Origin: Promethearchaeota archaeon
Lineage (GTDB): Archaea > Asgardarchaeota > Lokiarchaeia > Sigyniarchaeales > SOKP01
Reading direction: 5' to 3'
DNA length: 32,000 nt
Assembly: GCA_030606485.1 (NCBI GenBank)
Contig: JAUWGH010000004.1
Span: forward strand, 300,001 to 332,000
The notes below the pieces were generated by a model. The model had not been told where the DNA came from, did not search any database, and saw nothing but the letters and a program-made list of their open reading frames with translations. Made by a program: the position numbers and the translations under genes. This document shows, one piece after another, positions 7,105 to 16,408 of the stretch; position 1 is the first letter of the stretch; each line of letters begins with the position of its first letter.

Positions 7105-7112
7105 CTTTTAAA
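7105..7112 (-). promoter_or_regulatory. Putative TATA box for the leader-leuS transcript
   Basis: TTTAAAAG on the minus strand, ending 24 nt before the leader ATG, which is the canonical archaeal spacing for a start site at or next to the ATG. The region is very AT-rich, so chance matches are possible. Confidence 0.45.
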
Positions 7113-7276
7113 GATTATTATAAGATTTATAGGAAATTTATAAATTTAAATTAAATTAAGAGATATTTTTTGAAATTTTCGATGAGGATAATATTAAGAA
7201 GGAGTTTAACCATAATTTTTTCATTTACTTTATATTATTTTTAAATTAACATAATTATTTAATTTTAAAATATTCT

Positions 7277-8275
7277 ATGACGATTGGGAAAATTAGAGTT
7301 TCTATTGGTAGCGCCACGATTTTAGGATTTACTTCCATAAAACTCGAGAGTCCACCTACTACGATTTATATTATGACTTATAAGAAAGGAAAATGCATTG
7401 CAAATTGCGGTTTTTGTCCTCAAGCGAGAAATTCAAACAGTCCAAATGAAAAATTATCGCGAATCAACTGGCCGATTTTTCCTTTTAAGGATTTTTTAAC
7501 CAAATTGAAATATACTGCTTCTTTAAAAAAATTTCAGAGAATTTGTATTCAAACACTTAATTATGCCGAGAATTTGCAAGACTTAATTGAAATTATATCT
7601 GAGATTAGAAAAGTTACCAATATACCAATATCTGTGGCAATTCCTCCAATGTCTAAAGAAAGTTTAAGGGATTTAAAATTGTGTGGAGTACAAAGAGTAG
7701 GAATAGCATTGGATGGCGCAACACAAGAAATTTTCGAAAAAATTAAGGGAATAGGAGTTAATGGTCCGTATTTTTGGCGTTCTCACTTTGATAGTTTAAG
7801 AGATGCTTTAGATGTTTTTGGAAATGGACTTGTAAGCACTCATATAATAATTGGTTTTGGTGAGACCCAGAAAGAAACATTAAATTTAATTACAGAATTG
7901 CATAAGTTTTCTATTTTACCCGGGTTATTTGCATTTACTCCTATTGAAGGGACAAAATTTGAAAATATGATCCAGCCAAACATTAGTCACTTTAGAAAAA
8001 TACAATTAGGTAGATATCTTCTCATTAATGATTACAAGAAATTAGATGATTTTACATTTAATCAAAAAGGAGATATTATATATTTTAATTTAAATAAAAA
8101 AGAATTAAGAAATTTTGTTGATGAGAGTGAGGCCTTCAGGACTACAGGATGTCCGGGTTGCAATCGTCCTTATTATACTTCTAAACCTTCAGGACCAATC
8201 TATAATTATCCACGAAATTTAAATGAAAATGAGAAAGAAGAAATATATAAATTACTAGAGAGATTAGTAAATTAA
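7277..8275 (+). CDS. lipS2: Radical SAM lipoyl synthase subunit LipS2
   Basis: CIANCGFC (CX3CX2C) plus TTGCPGCNRP, matching the TxGCPxC(N/D)RP motif; adjacent to a lipoate ligase gene. The S1/S2 motif assignment is from my recollection of the literature. Confidence 0.85.
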   Translation: MTIGKIRVSIGSATILGFTSIKLESPPTTIYIMTYKKGKCIANCGFCPQARNSNSPNEKLSRINWPIFPFKDFLTKLKYTASLKKFQRICIQTLNYAENLQDLIEIISEIRKVTNIPISVAIPPMSKESLRDLKLCGVQRVGIALDGATQEIFEKIKGIGVNGPYFWRSHFDSLRDALDVFGNGLVSTHIIIGFGETQKETLNLITELHKFSILPGLFAFTPIEGTKFENMIQPNISHFRKIQLGRYLLINDYKKLDDFTFNQKGDIIYFNLNKKELRNFVDESEAFRTTGCPGCNRPYYTSKPSGPIYNYPRNLNENEKEEIYKLLERLVN

Positions 8276-8292
8276 TTATTAAGAGTGATATT

Positions 8293-9072
8293 ATGGATAT
8301 TTGGAGATTTTTACCATTAGAAATCAGAGATGGTTATTGGAATATGGCATTAGATGAGTCAATATTACAATCTTGTATTGAAAAAAAAACTCCAAATACG
8401 ATTCGTTTATTTAAATGGGATCCTTCTACGGTAACGATTGGATATCATCAGAGTGTTTCAGATGAGGTTAACATAGCTGTTGCTAAAGAGGAAAAATTTA
8501 ATATAGTAAGAAGGATAACTGGAGGAGGTACGGTTTTTCATGATTCTAAAGGAGAAATAACTTATTCAGCTGTATGTCCATTAAAATTTTTAGAGGAAAA
8601 GGGATTTACAAGAATGATAGAACAATATGAGATTATTACTCAAGGGATAATTGAAGCCCTTAGTAATTATCATTTAGGATCTGATAAAGGAGTTATACAT
8701 TGCCCTGCGATTTTTTTAGATGGAAAAAAGATCTCCGGAAATGCACAAGTTAGAAAAAGAGGATATATATTACAACATGGAACGATATTATTAAAAATAA
8801 ATCCTGAGTTGATGTATTCTGTATTAAAAGCTCCAAATAATGTTCCTACTAAAAAGATGGTGGCTTCAGTGTATGCTAAAGTAATTGGAATAAAAGAACA
8901 AATTCAAAATTTTAATGAAAATGAATTTATTTCTTATCTTATTAATGGTTTTGAAAAAACTTTAGGAATAAAATTGGAGAAGGGAAAATTTTCAAAATAT
9001 GAATTAGATTTAGCAGAAAAATTGGTAATAGAGAAATATAGTTTGGATAAATGGTTATACAAATATGAATAA
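8293..9072 (+). CDS. lplA: Lipoate/octanoate-protein ligase catalytic domain (LplA/LipM family)
   Basis: WNMALDE, IRLFKW, VRRITGGGTVFHD, KKISGNAQ and QHGTIL; no accessory LplB domain. Confidence 0.9.
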   Translation: MDIWRFLPLEIRDGYWNMALDESILQSCIEKKTPNTIRLFKWDPSTVTIGYHQSVSDEVNIAVAKEEKFNIVRRITGGGTVFHDSKGEITYSAVCPLKFLEEKGFTRMIEQYEIITQGIIEALSNYHLGSDKGVIHCPAIFLDGKKISGNAQVRKRGYILQHGTILLKINPELMYSVLKAPNNVPTKKMVASVYAKVIGIKEQIQNFNENEFISYLINGFEKTLGIKLEKGKFSKYELDLAEKLVIEKYSLDKWLYKYE

Positions 9073-10135
9073 AATCCAGCAATTACTTAATAAAATTAAG
9101 GTGGGAAATGCCTCATGGGATGATTACCATAATTTTTTACAATTAGAAGAAAACGATTTAGAAGCTTTTTTTGATCTTTCTCATGAAATTTCAATTCTAA
9201 ATTTTGGAAATCAACTTAAGATATATACACCGGGTAAAAGATTTCCGGCTATAAGTATTACAGGAAATAAGTGTGCCTTAGAATGTGAACATTGTAATAA
9301 AAAATTTTTAGAAGGAATGGAAAAAATTCAAAATTCAATTAAATTAGAAAAATTCTTGCTTAATCACTCAAAAAATAATGGTGTAGGGGCTTTAATTTCT
9401 GGGGGTTGTGATGAAGAAGGAGCGGTCCCTTTAAATGATTTTTTAGATGTGATTAAAAAAGTAAAAAATGAGACTAATTTAATTATAAATACACATACTG
9501 GATTGTTAACTGAGGAAACGGCAAAAAAATTGGCAGATTCTAATGTTGATATTATATCATTTGATATTAATATGGATGAAGAGATTATCCAAAATATTTA
9601 TCATTTGAATAAGAATTTAGAAGATTATAAACGAGCTGTTCAGATTTTAAAAAAGTATAATTTAAATATAGTTCCTCACATTTGTATTGGACTATTTTAT
9701 GGGAGACTTCATAAAGAAATTGAATCTATTAAATTTATCAAACAGAATATTATTAATCCTTCAGTAATTGTATTAATTGTATTAATTCCTCCCAGATCTT
9801 TAGAGGATAAGAATGAAAGATTTGCCACGCCAAATCCAATCGATATTGCAAAGATTGTAACATTAACTAGATTAATTTTTCCTAATACAGAAATTTCATT
9901 AGGTTGTATGCGCCCGAGAGGTTCATTAAAATTTAAAATTGAGAAATATGCAGTTCAAGCAGGAGTTAATAGAATCGAGATTCCTTCCAAAAAAACTTTA
10001 ATTTGGGTAAAAGAAAGTTATCCTGGAATTTCATTCAAATTTTATTCTGCCTGTTGTGCAATTCCAGAAAAATTTGAAAAATTTTCTAAAAGTTCAGATA
10101 AAGAAATTAAAAAATATCAAAATTCACAAGAATAA
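9065..10135 (+). CDS. lipS1: Radical SAM lipoyl synthase subunit LipS1
   Basis: SITGNKCALECEHC (CX3CX2C), LGCMRP (GC(M/A)R) and C-terminal ACC motif; overlaps the ligase stop codon by 8 nt. Confidence 0.85.
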   Translation: MNKIQQLLNKIKVGNASWDDYHNFLQLEENDLEAFFDLSHEISILNFGNQLKIYTPGKRFPAISITGNKCALECEHCNKKFLEGMEKIQNSIKLEKFLLNHSKNNGVGALISGGCDEEGAVPLNDFLDVIKKVKNETNLIINTHTGLLTEETAKKLADSNVDIISFDINMDEEIIQNIYHLNKNLEDYKRAVQILKKYNLNIVPHICIGLFYGRLHKEIESIKFIKQNIINPSVIVLIVLIPPRSLEDKNERFATPNPIDIAKIVTLTRLIFPNTEISLGCMRPRGSLKFKIEKYAVQAGVNRIEIPSKKTLIWVKESYPGISFKFYSACCAIPEKFEKFSKSSDKEIKKYQNSQE

Positions 10136-10145
10136 ATGATTTAGA

Positions 10146-10946
10146 ATGATATCAAAAAATCAAATTGAGATAATTGGTGTTCAAGATATTCCTTTTATAA
10201 AAGAAGGAGATAATATTTCGAAAATAATAATAGAATCACTAAAGAAAAACAATATATCCTTAAAGGATAAGGATGTTATTATTATATCTCAATCAATTAT
10301 TTCGAAGAGTAATGGGCGTATTAGAAATTTAAATGTAATTGTACCTAGTAAAAAAGCTATTGAAATATACAAACAGATGAAACCAAAAGCAGAAAGAGCT
10401 GGGATTCCAATAAAACCTCCTGAATTAATTCAGGCAATATTAGAAGAATCGAAAGAAATACTTAAAGTTGAGCATGTGATAATAGTTGAAACAAAACATC
10501 AAGGATTTATATGTGCTAATGCTGGGGTAGATAAATCAAATGTTGAAGGGATTAACAATGTTACTTTACTACCAGAAAATCCGGATGAGGATGCTAGGAG
10601 AATAAGAAAAGAATTTAAAGAATTATCAAATAAAGAAGTAGCAGTAATCGTTTCAGATTCTTTTGGAAGACCTTTTCGAGTTGGGACTGTAGGAGTTGCA
10701 ATTGGTATTGCTGGAATGAAACCTATTTTAGATAAACGAGGTTGCATGGATTTATATGGGTATAAATTACAAACAACAATAATAGGACAAGCAGATAATT
10801 TGGTATCCGCTGCACAATTAGTAATGGGTGAAAGTAATGAAGGAATTCCAGTAGTGATTATTAGAGGTTATGATTATAATATAGAAGAACATGCTTCTAT
10901 AACATCTATTTTAAGAGAAGATAAATTTGATATTTTTAGGAGTTAA
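10146..10946 (+). CDS. cofE: Coenzyme F420-0:L-glutamate ligase
   Basis: SQSIISKSNG, CANAGVDKSN, LLPENPDEDA, SDSFGRPFRVG, ADNLVSAAQLVMGESNEGIPVVIIRG. Confidence 0.93.
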   Translation: MISKNQIEIIGVQDIPFIKEGDNISKIIIESLKKNNISLKDKDVIIISQSIISKSNGRIRNLNVIVPSKKAIEIYKQMKPKAERAGIPIKPPELIQAILEESKEILKVEHVIIVETKHQGFICANAGVDKSNVEGINNVTLLPENPDEDARRIRKEFKELSNKEVAVIVSDSFGRPFRVGTVGVAIGIAGMKPILDKRGCMDLYGYKLQTTIIGQADNLVSAAQLVMGESNEGIPVVIIRGYDYNIEEHASITSILREDKFDIFRS

Positions 10947-10951
10947 TTTTT

Positions 10952-11575
10952 ATGGAAATTATAAATGCATTAAAGAATAGAAGGAGTTATAAATTTCCTT
11001 TTGAAAAAAAAGAGGTTGAAAAGAGAATAATAGATGAATGCATAGAGATTTCTCAATGGGCTCCTTCAGCACATAACTATCAGCCATGGCGCTACATTAT
11101 TATCGATAATAAGGAACAACGATTAACTCTAGTGGATAAAATGAATGAAAAATTGAGGAAAGATCTAAAGAATGATTGTAAATCAGAAGAAGAAATTGAG
11201 ATAAAAATTAAATTAACTAGAGAACAGTTCTTAAATTCTCCACTTTTGATCCTTTCATGTATGGATTCATCTGTATTGTATATATATCCAGATAATGAAC
11301 GTAATAAGAATGAATTTATCTTAGGAAATTTAAGTGTAGCTAGTTCAATTACATATTTACTTATTTCATTTCAAAAGTATGGATTAGCTTCTTGCTGGTA
11401 TTCAGCGCCTTTATTTACAAGAGAAATAGTCTTATCTATATTAAATCTACCTAAAACTTATTATCCCATAGCATTTATTACTGTTGGCTACCCAAAAAAA
11501 AAAGAGATTAAACCTCCTAATCGCCAACCACTTAATAAGATTCTATTTATTAGCTCAAATTTTATGAAAAATTAA
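10952..11575 (+). CDS. Nitroreductase-family FMN protein, similar to the FbiB C-terminal (dehydro-F420-0 reductase) domain
   Basis: NRRSYK...WAPSAHNYQPWRYIII and GLASCWYSAP...ITVGYP; sits between cofE and cofD with 5-nt and 8-nt gaps. Confidence 0.8.
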   Translation: MEIINALKNRRSYKFPFEKKEVEKRIIDECIEISQWAPSAHNYQPWRYIIIDNKEQRLTLVDKMNEKLRKDLKNDCKSEEEIEIKIKLTREQFLNSPLLILSCMDSSVLYIYPDNERNKNEFILGNLSVASSITYLLISFQKYGLASCWYSAPLFTREIVLSILNLPKTYYPIAFITVGYPKKKEIKPPNRQPLNKILFISSNFMKN

Positions 11576-11583
11576 AAGTTTAT

Positions 11584-12531
11584 GTGGATAATATGTTGGA
11601 AAATTCAAAAATAGTAGTCTTAGCGGGGGGAATAGGTGCAGCACGGTTAATACGAGGTTTAATTGAAGTTTTACCTCAAAAAAAATTTCAAATTATCGTC
11701 AATACTGGAGATGATATTGAGTTATTTGGGCTAAAAATCTGTCCTGATATCGACATTATAACTTATACAGTAGCAAATTTAGTAGATGAGAATAAGGGGT
11801 GGGGATTTAAAGATGAGAGTTTTACCTGTTTAAATATTTTAAAAAAATATTATGGTTTTAATTGGTTTAACATTGGAGATAAGGATGCTGCAACACATAT
11901 CTACAGAACAGATTTAATGTCAAAAGGATTTTCTAAGTCAGAAGCCACAAAAAAAATTTGTGATAAATTAGGAGTTAAATGTGAGATTATACCTATGACT
12001 GATACATGGGTGGAAACTCATATAATAACACCGCGTGGAGATATTCATTTTGAAGAATATTTTATTAAGTATAAGACTAATATCGGCATTATAGATGTTA
12101 TTTTTAAGGGAATAGACCAAGCAAAACCAGTTAATGGCGTATTAGAAAAAATTAAGCAAGCGAAAAAAATTATTATATGCCCATCAAATCCTATTGTATC
12201 AATTAAACCAATTTTAGAGGTAAAGGGAATAAGAGCTGCCCTAAAAGAAGTGAAAGAAAAAGTAATTGGAGTTAGTCCTTTAATAAAAGGGGCTCCAGTA
12301 AAAGGTCCAACGGATAAATTAATGAAAGCATTAAATCTTGAAGTATCTTCTTTTGGAATAGCAAAATATTATGCAGATTTTTTAGGACATTTTATCATTG
12401 ACATAAGAGATGAAAAATTTACTTTAAAAATTGAAAACCTTGGAATTAAAACCCATTTATATGATATTTTAATGATAAATTTACAAAAAAAAGTAGCATT
12501 AGCAAAATATATTCTAAATTTAGACATATGA
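11584..12531 (+). CDS. cofD: 2-phospho-L-lactate (or PEP) transferase
   Basis: LAGGIGAARLIRGL, VNTGDD, ICPDIDIITY, FNIGDKDAATH, ICPSNPIVSIKPIL, GVSPLIKG..VKGP. Confidence 0.93.
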   Translation: MDNMLENSKIVVLAGGIGAARLIRGLIEVLPQKKFQIIVNTGDDIELFGLKICPDIDIITYTVANLVDENKGWGFKDESFTCLNILKKYYGFNWFNIGDKDAATHIYRTDLMSKGFSKSEATKKICDKLGVKCEIIPMTDTWVETHIITPRGDIHFEEYFIKYKTNIGIIDVIFKGIDQAKPVNGVLEKIKQAKKIIICPSNPIVSIKPILEVKGIRAALKEVKEKVIGVSPLIKGAPVKGPTDKLMKALNLEVSSFGIAKYYADFLGHFIIDIRDEKFTLKIENLGIKTHLYDILMINLQKKVALAKYILNLDI

Positions 12532-12538
12532 AAAGTTA

Positions 12539-13984
12539 TTATGTGATTGAAACCTCTCCCTCTTCTTCAATGATTTCACTCTTTTCCTGTTCTGTAGAGA
12601 CTAGATAATCTCCAACAGTAGCTTCAATTTCTTTTATTTCTTTTTCTTCCTTTAATTGACTAATAAGGGCTCGCTTTTTAACATAAGATATTATTTGAGC
12701 ACTTAGAGGGAAAAGTAATATAATTGGCAACATTACAACAAGTATTATTTCCGGTGAGAACATTGCAACACTTCCTGATATTGCCTCCGGTAAATTCAAA
12801 ACTGAATTAATTATCCAAGAAGTATGGAGAATAATAAAACCAATAAAGATTAATGCAATTACTCTAATAAAAAAACTGGTGAGAGTTGAAACAATGAGTT
12901 TAGAAGGTCTTGGTGCGGAACTTGTAGCTGTGAGTGTATCTCTTGCTTCTGAATCTTCTACAAACAATCTTTCTATATAACTCCCTAATCGCCTTGTATC
13001 ATGAGCAGCAGAAATCAGTTTCTTTTCCTCTTCTTCTAATTTCTTTTTTAATATCATCTCCTTAATATACGAGAATTTTTGTTCCTTTTTTCCTAAGAAC
13101 TTAGAAATTTTTGCCTCCTTTTCAATTCCCAATTCTTCCTTTTTCTTTTTACTTTCTTCTTTAATTTGTTCAATATTTGTTGTAATCTCCAAGGCTTCTT
13201 TTTTTAATACATCTAATTGAGATTCTAACCTTTCAGATCTTTCTAAAGAGGGCATTGATATTAAATTTATATAATTTATTTGAAAGGATAGATCTAGATA
13301 AATATAAAGTGCAAGTGCCAATTGAAAAATAGAACTTAAAATAAAAGATATAAAGTCATTAACAGGTCTCTCAAGAATAGATGAAAAGAGAGGATTTGGA
13401 AGATCATCCAAATATTCTATACTAATATTAAATAAATTAAACGCATTTCTTAATCCTTCAAAGAATAGTGGGATTATAATCATTCCTACAAGGCAACCAA
13501 CTACCCAAAAATTATATTTTGGATTTGTTTGAAGTGTGGATCTGATAAAATTAATAATTAAAAGCAAAAATAAGATTTGGAATGATACATTATAAATATC
13601 ATCCGTTATTAATTCAATTTGATTTAATAAACGACTTGGAATCTGGCCTAAGGATTCTATTGGTCCTTCTGGAAATGCAAACCATGAGTTTAAAAGACCT
13701 TTAAATAAATTATCAAGAAAATTACGCATAAAAGAGGGATCGAAATAGCTATGCCATAAAAACAAGAAAATTACCATCATAGATAATCCTATTGCGACTA
13801 AATAGAGCAATCCAAAAATTAAATAGCTAACAATATTCTTTAAAGAAGTTATTACATTTATTACTGCAGCAAAGTCAATTAAACTCTGATCAAAAATCGT
13901 ATTAAAAATTGCTAAAATCCAAAAAAATACTAAAATATTTGCAACTTTTAATGTTGTTAGATACCATCTTACCATTTTTATCAC
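12539..13984 (-). CDS. Multi-pass membrane protein with an internal Lys/Glu-rich coiled coil
   Basis: About 7-8 hydrophobic segments flank a charged helical stretch (LESQLDVLKKEALEITTNIEQIKEESKKKKEE). Last gene of the MoxR operon. Confidence 0.7.
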   Translation of the reverse strand: MIKMVRWYLTTLKVANILVFFWILAIFNTIFDQSLIDFAAVINVITSLKNIVSYLIFGLLYLVAIGLSMMVIFLFLWHSYFDPSFMRNFLDNLFKGLLNSWFAFPEGPIESLGQIPSRLLNQIELITDDIYNVSFQILFLLLIINFIRSTLQTNPKYNFWVVGCLVGMIIIPLFFEGLRNAFNLFNISIEYLDDLPNPLFSSILERPVNDFISFILSSIFQLALALYIYLDLSFQINYINLISMPSLERSERLESQLDVLKKEALEITTNIEQIKEESKKKKEELGIEKEAKISKFLGKKEQKFSYIKEMILKKKLEEEEKKLISAAHDTRRLGSYIERLFVEDSEARDTLTATSSAPRPSKLIVSTLTSFFIRVIALIFIGFIILHTSWIINSVLNLPEAISGSVAMFSPEIILVVMLPIILLFPLSAQIISYVKKRALISQLKEEKEIKEIEATVGDYLVSTEQEKSEIIEEEGEVSIT

Positions 13985-14011
13985 TTTTTTGTTATTTAAA
14001 TTTACCCAATT

Positions 14012-15316
14012 TCAATATGCTTTTCCCTTCTTTTTGACTTCTAAGTATTGGGCTAAGATCTGAGACATCATATCATCTGGACCCACACTAATAATTGGTA
14101 CCCCTAATGTTCTAGCACTATGTCTTATCTTTAAAACTTGTTCCATCATTTCTTCTGATATTGCTTCAGCTAGCGCCTTATCACTTGGAGATAAATCAAC
14201 CTCGTGAATTTCAAACCAAGGACTGAATGGACTTATGACGACTAGAGAATGCTTCCACATTACAATTTTTTTAATTCCCTTAATAATATCATCAGAAGTT
14301 TGCTCTAAATCTGTAATTAAAAACACTAAACTCCTTTTTTGAAATTGTTTATTAATAAAATCCATTGCTTCTTCTAATTTAGTTTTACCAGATGGTTTTA
14401 CTTTTGCGATAAAATCAAGCACTTGATAGAAATGATTGCTCCCACTATTGGGTTCTTTAAAATGATAATTTTTCTTATCTGAAAATAAGAAAACCCCTAC
14501 TGAATCTCTTCTCGTAAGTGAAATCTTTGTTAATAACATTGTAGCTCTAATGGCATATTCGAATTTTGTATTTTCAATCGATCCACCTGCCATAGATTCT
14601 CCACAATCAACCATAATCAGGACTGTAATGTCTCTCTCTGATTCATATTCTTTAACTATGAGTTTCTGATGACGAACACTTGCTTTCCAATCTATTAATC
14701 TAAATTGGTCTCCAAAAGCATATTTTCTCAATCCAAAGAATTCAGAGCCCAAACCTTTCATCTTTGATCTTTGAATACCATAGTTTAAACTGAGAGATCT
14801 TTTTGAACCAAGAATTTCAATTCGTTTAATATCTTCATAAGGAGGATAAATTAAAATTTTCGTGACTGATTTTGGAACGATTCTTTCTTCAGAATTAAAA
14901 CCTAATCTATCTTTTACGATGACGGATAATGGCCCAAATGGATATTCACCTCGTACTCTTGGTTGTAATACGTAGGAAAATTTTATTGTTTCTTTTGGAT
15001 CAATTCTTGTTAAAATATGATTTTCTCCTAAAACCAATCTAAAAAGTGTAGGGTTGTAATAATCTCTCACTTCGATAAATTCAAATTTATTTTTTCCCAA
15101 ATTCTCTAATATGACTTTTACATGGACAAAATCGTCTTTAAATACCTTATTTTTCTCTAATTCCCTCGTAACTTTGAGATCTTCAATATTTAATCCTAAA
15201 TGAAACGATGGCAGGCTGATAATAGTACTAAATAGAAGTATAATTGCAAGAAATATTAAAAAAAAATTGACAAAGGCAAACCCTGCCATTAAAAAAAATG
15301 CAGAGAGCAGTATCAA
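14012..15316 (-). CDS. DUF58 (vWA-like) MoxR partner protein
   Basis: GLGSEFFGLRKYAFGDQFRLIDWKASVR, VKEYESER, IMVDCGESM; directly downstream of moxR. The start is uncertain because the frame is open further upstream. Confidence 0.9.
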   Translation of the reverse strand: MILLSAFFLMAGFAFVNFFLIFLAIILLFSTIISLPSFHLGLNIEDLKVTRELEKNKVFKDDFVHVKVILENLGKNKFEFIEVRDYYNPTLFRLVLGENHILTRIDPKETIKFSYVLQPRVRGEYPFGPLSVIVKDRLGFNSEERIVPKSVTKILIYPPYEDIKRIEILGSKRSLSLNYGIQRSKMKGLGSEFFGLRKYAFGDQFRLIDWKASVRHQKLIVKEYESERDITVLIMVDCGESMAGGSIENTKFEYAIRATMLLTKISLTRRDSVGVFLFSDKKNYHFKEPNSGSNHFYQVLDFIAKVKPSGKTKLEEAMDFINKQFQKRSLVFLITDLEQTSDDIIKGIKKIVMWKHSLVVISPFSPWFEIHEVDLSPSDKALAEAISEEMMEQVLKIRHSARTLGVPIISVGPDDMMSQILAQYLEVKKKGKAY

Positions 15317-15363
15317 TAACCGTCCATGTCCCGCTAATATTTTTATACACCAATTTTCTTTTT

Positions 15364-16344
15364 TTAGATAGGAACTGGAAGATCTTCTATAATTCTCTTA
15401 ATAACTGTACTAGAATTAAGACCTTCTAATTCTGCTTCTGGTTTTAATAAAATTCGATGGTTTAATACTGATATACAAAGTGATTTTACGTCATCAGGAG
15501 TTACATAATTCCGTCCTAGAATTGCTGCTCTTGCCTTACCACATTTCATTAACGCCAAACTTGCTCTAGGTCCAGCTCCAAGAGCAATTTGTGGGTGTTG
15601 CCTAGATTTGACTATAATATCTCTGATATATTTTAAAATTCTATCATCGATATATACCATATTTACCAAGTTTTGAATTTGAATTATTTCTTCTGAATTT
15701 GTTATATTTTCAACTTCACTTATATCTCCAGATAATTGTCGGCGAATAATCTCAACCTCATCATCTATATCCGGATAATCAAGCCAAAGTTTAAAAATGA
15801 ATCGGTCAACTTGTGCCTCTGGAAGGGGATATGTACCTTCCATTTCTATTGGATTTTCTGTTGCAATGACCATAAATGGTTTTTCTAATATCCTAGTTTC
15901 ATTTTCAATTGTTACTTGCCGTTCAGCCATCGCTTCTAGAAGAGCTGCTTGAGTTTTAGGGGCAGTTCTATTAATTTCATCCGCGAGAACAATATTAGCG
16001 AAGATTGGTCCTGGCATTAATACAAAACTACCTTCACTTTGATCAAAAATCTTGGAGCCAGTGATGTCTGCAGGTAATAAATCTGGTGTAAATTGTACTC
16101 TACTAAATGACATACCAAGAACTTTTGCAAAAGTCTTAGCCATGACTGTTTTTCCTAAACCTGGCACGCCTTCTAACAGAACATGACCGTTTACTAGAAG
16201 AGCGATAAAAAGGTGCTGCATGATTTCTCCATATCCTACAATAACGCATGCTACTTCTGAAAGAACATTTTGTGCAACATTTCTTACTGGAGATAGGTCA
16301 AATTCTTGTCCAAATCGGTCTTTTACTTTTTTTGGTGCTTCCAT
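15364..16344 (-). CDS. moxR: MoxR-family AAA+ ATPase
   Basis: GHVLLEGVPGLGKT, RVQFTPDLLPADITG, LADEINRTAPKTQAALLEAM, NPIEMEGTYPLPEAQVDRF, GPRAS. Confidence 0.96.
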   Translation of the reverse strand: MEAPKKVKDRFGQEFDLSPVRNVAQNVLSEVACVIVGYGEIMQHLFIALLVNGHVLLEGVPGLGKTVMAKTFAKVLGMSFSRVQFTPDLLPADITGSKIFDQSEGSFVLMPGPIFANIVLADEINRTAPKTQAALLEAMAERQVTIENETRILEKPFMVIATENPIEMEGTYPLPEAQVDRFIFKLWLDYPDIDDEVEIIRRQLSGDISEVENITNSEEIIQIQNLVNMVYIDDRILKYIRDIIVKSRQHPQIALGAGPRASLALMKCGKARAAILGRNYVTPDDVKSLCISVLNHRILLKPEAELEGLNSSTVIKRIIEDLPVPI

Positions 16345-16408
16345 TTTTTCTCACTTTTTAATTATTTATTTATAATTAATTTTTTTTTAATGATTTAATT
16401 TTAGGCAA

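Noticed and set aside
15317-15400. DUF58 frame open upstream of the TTG (…IKILAGHGRLL) without a canonical start codon
   Set aside because: Only a start-site ambiguity; there is no evidence for recoding or fusion to MoxR, which is in a different frame.
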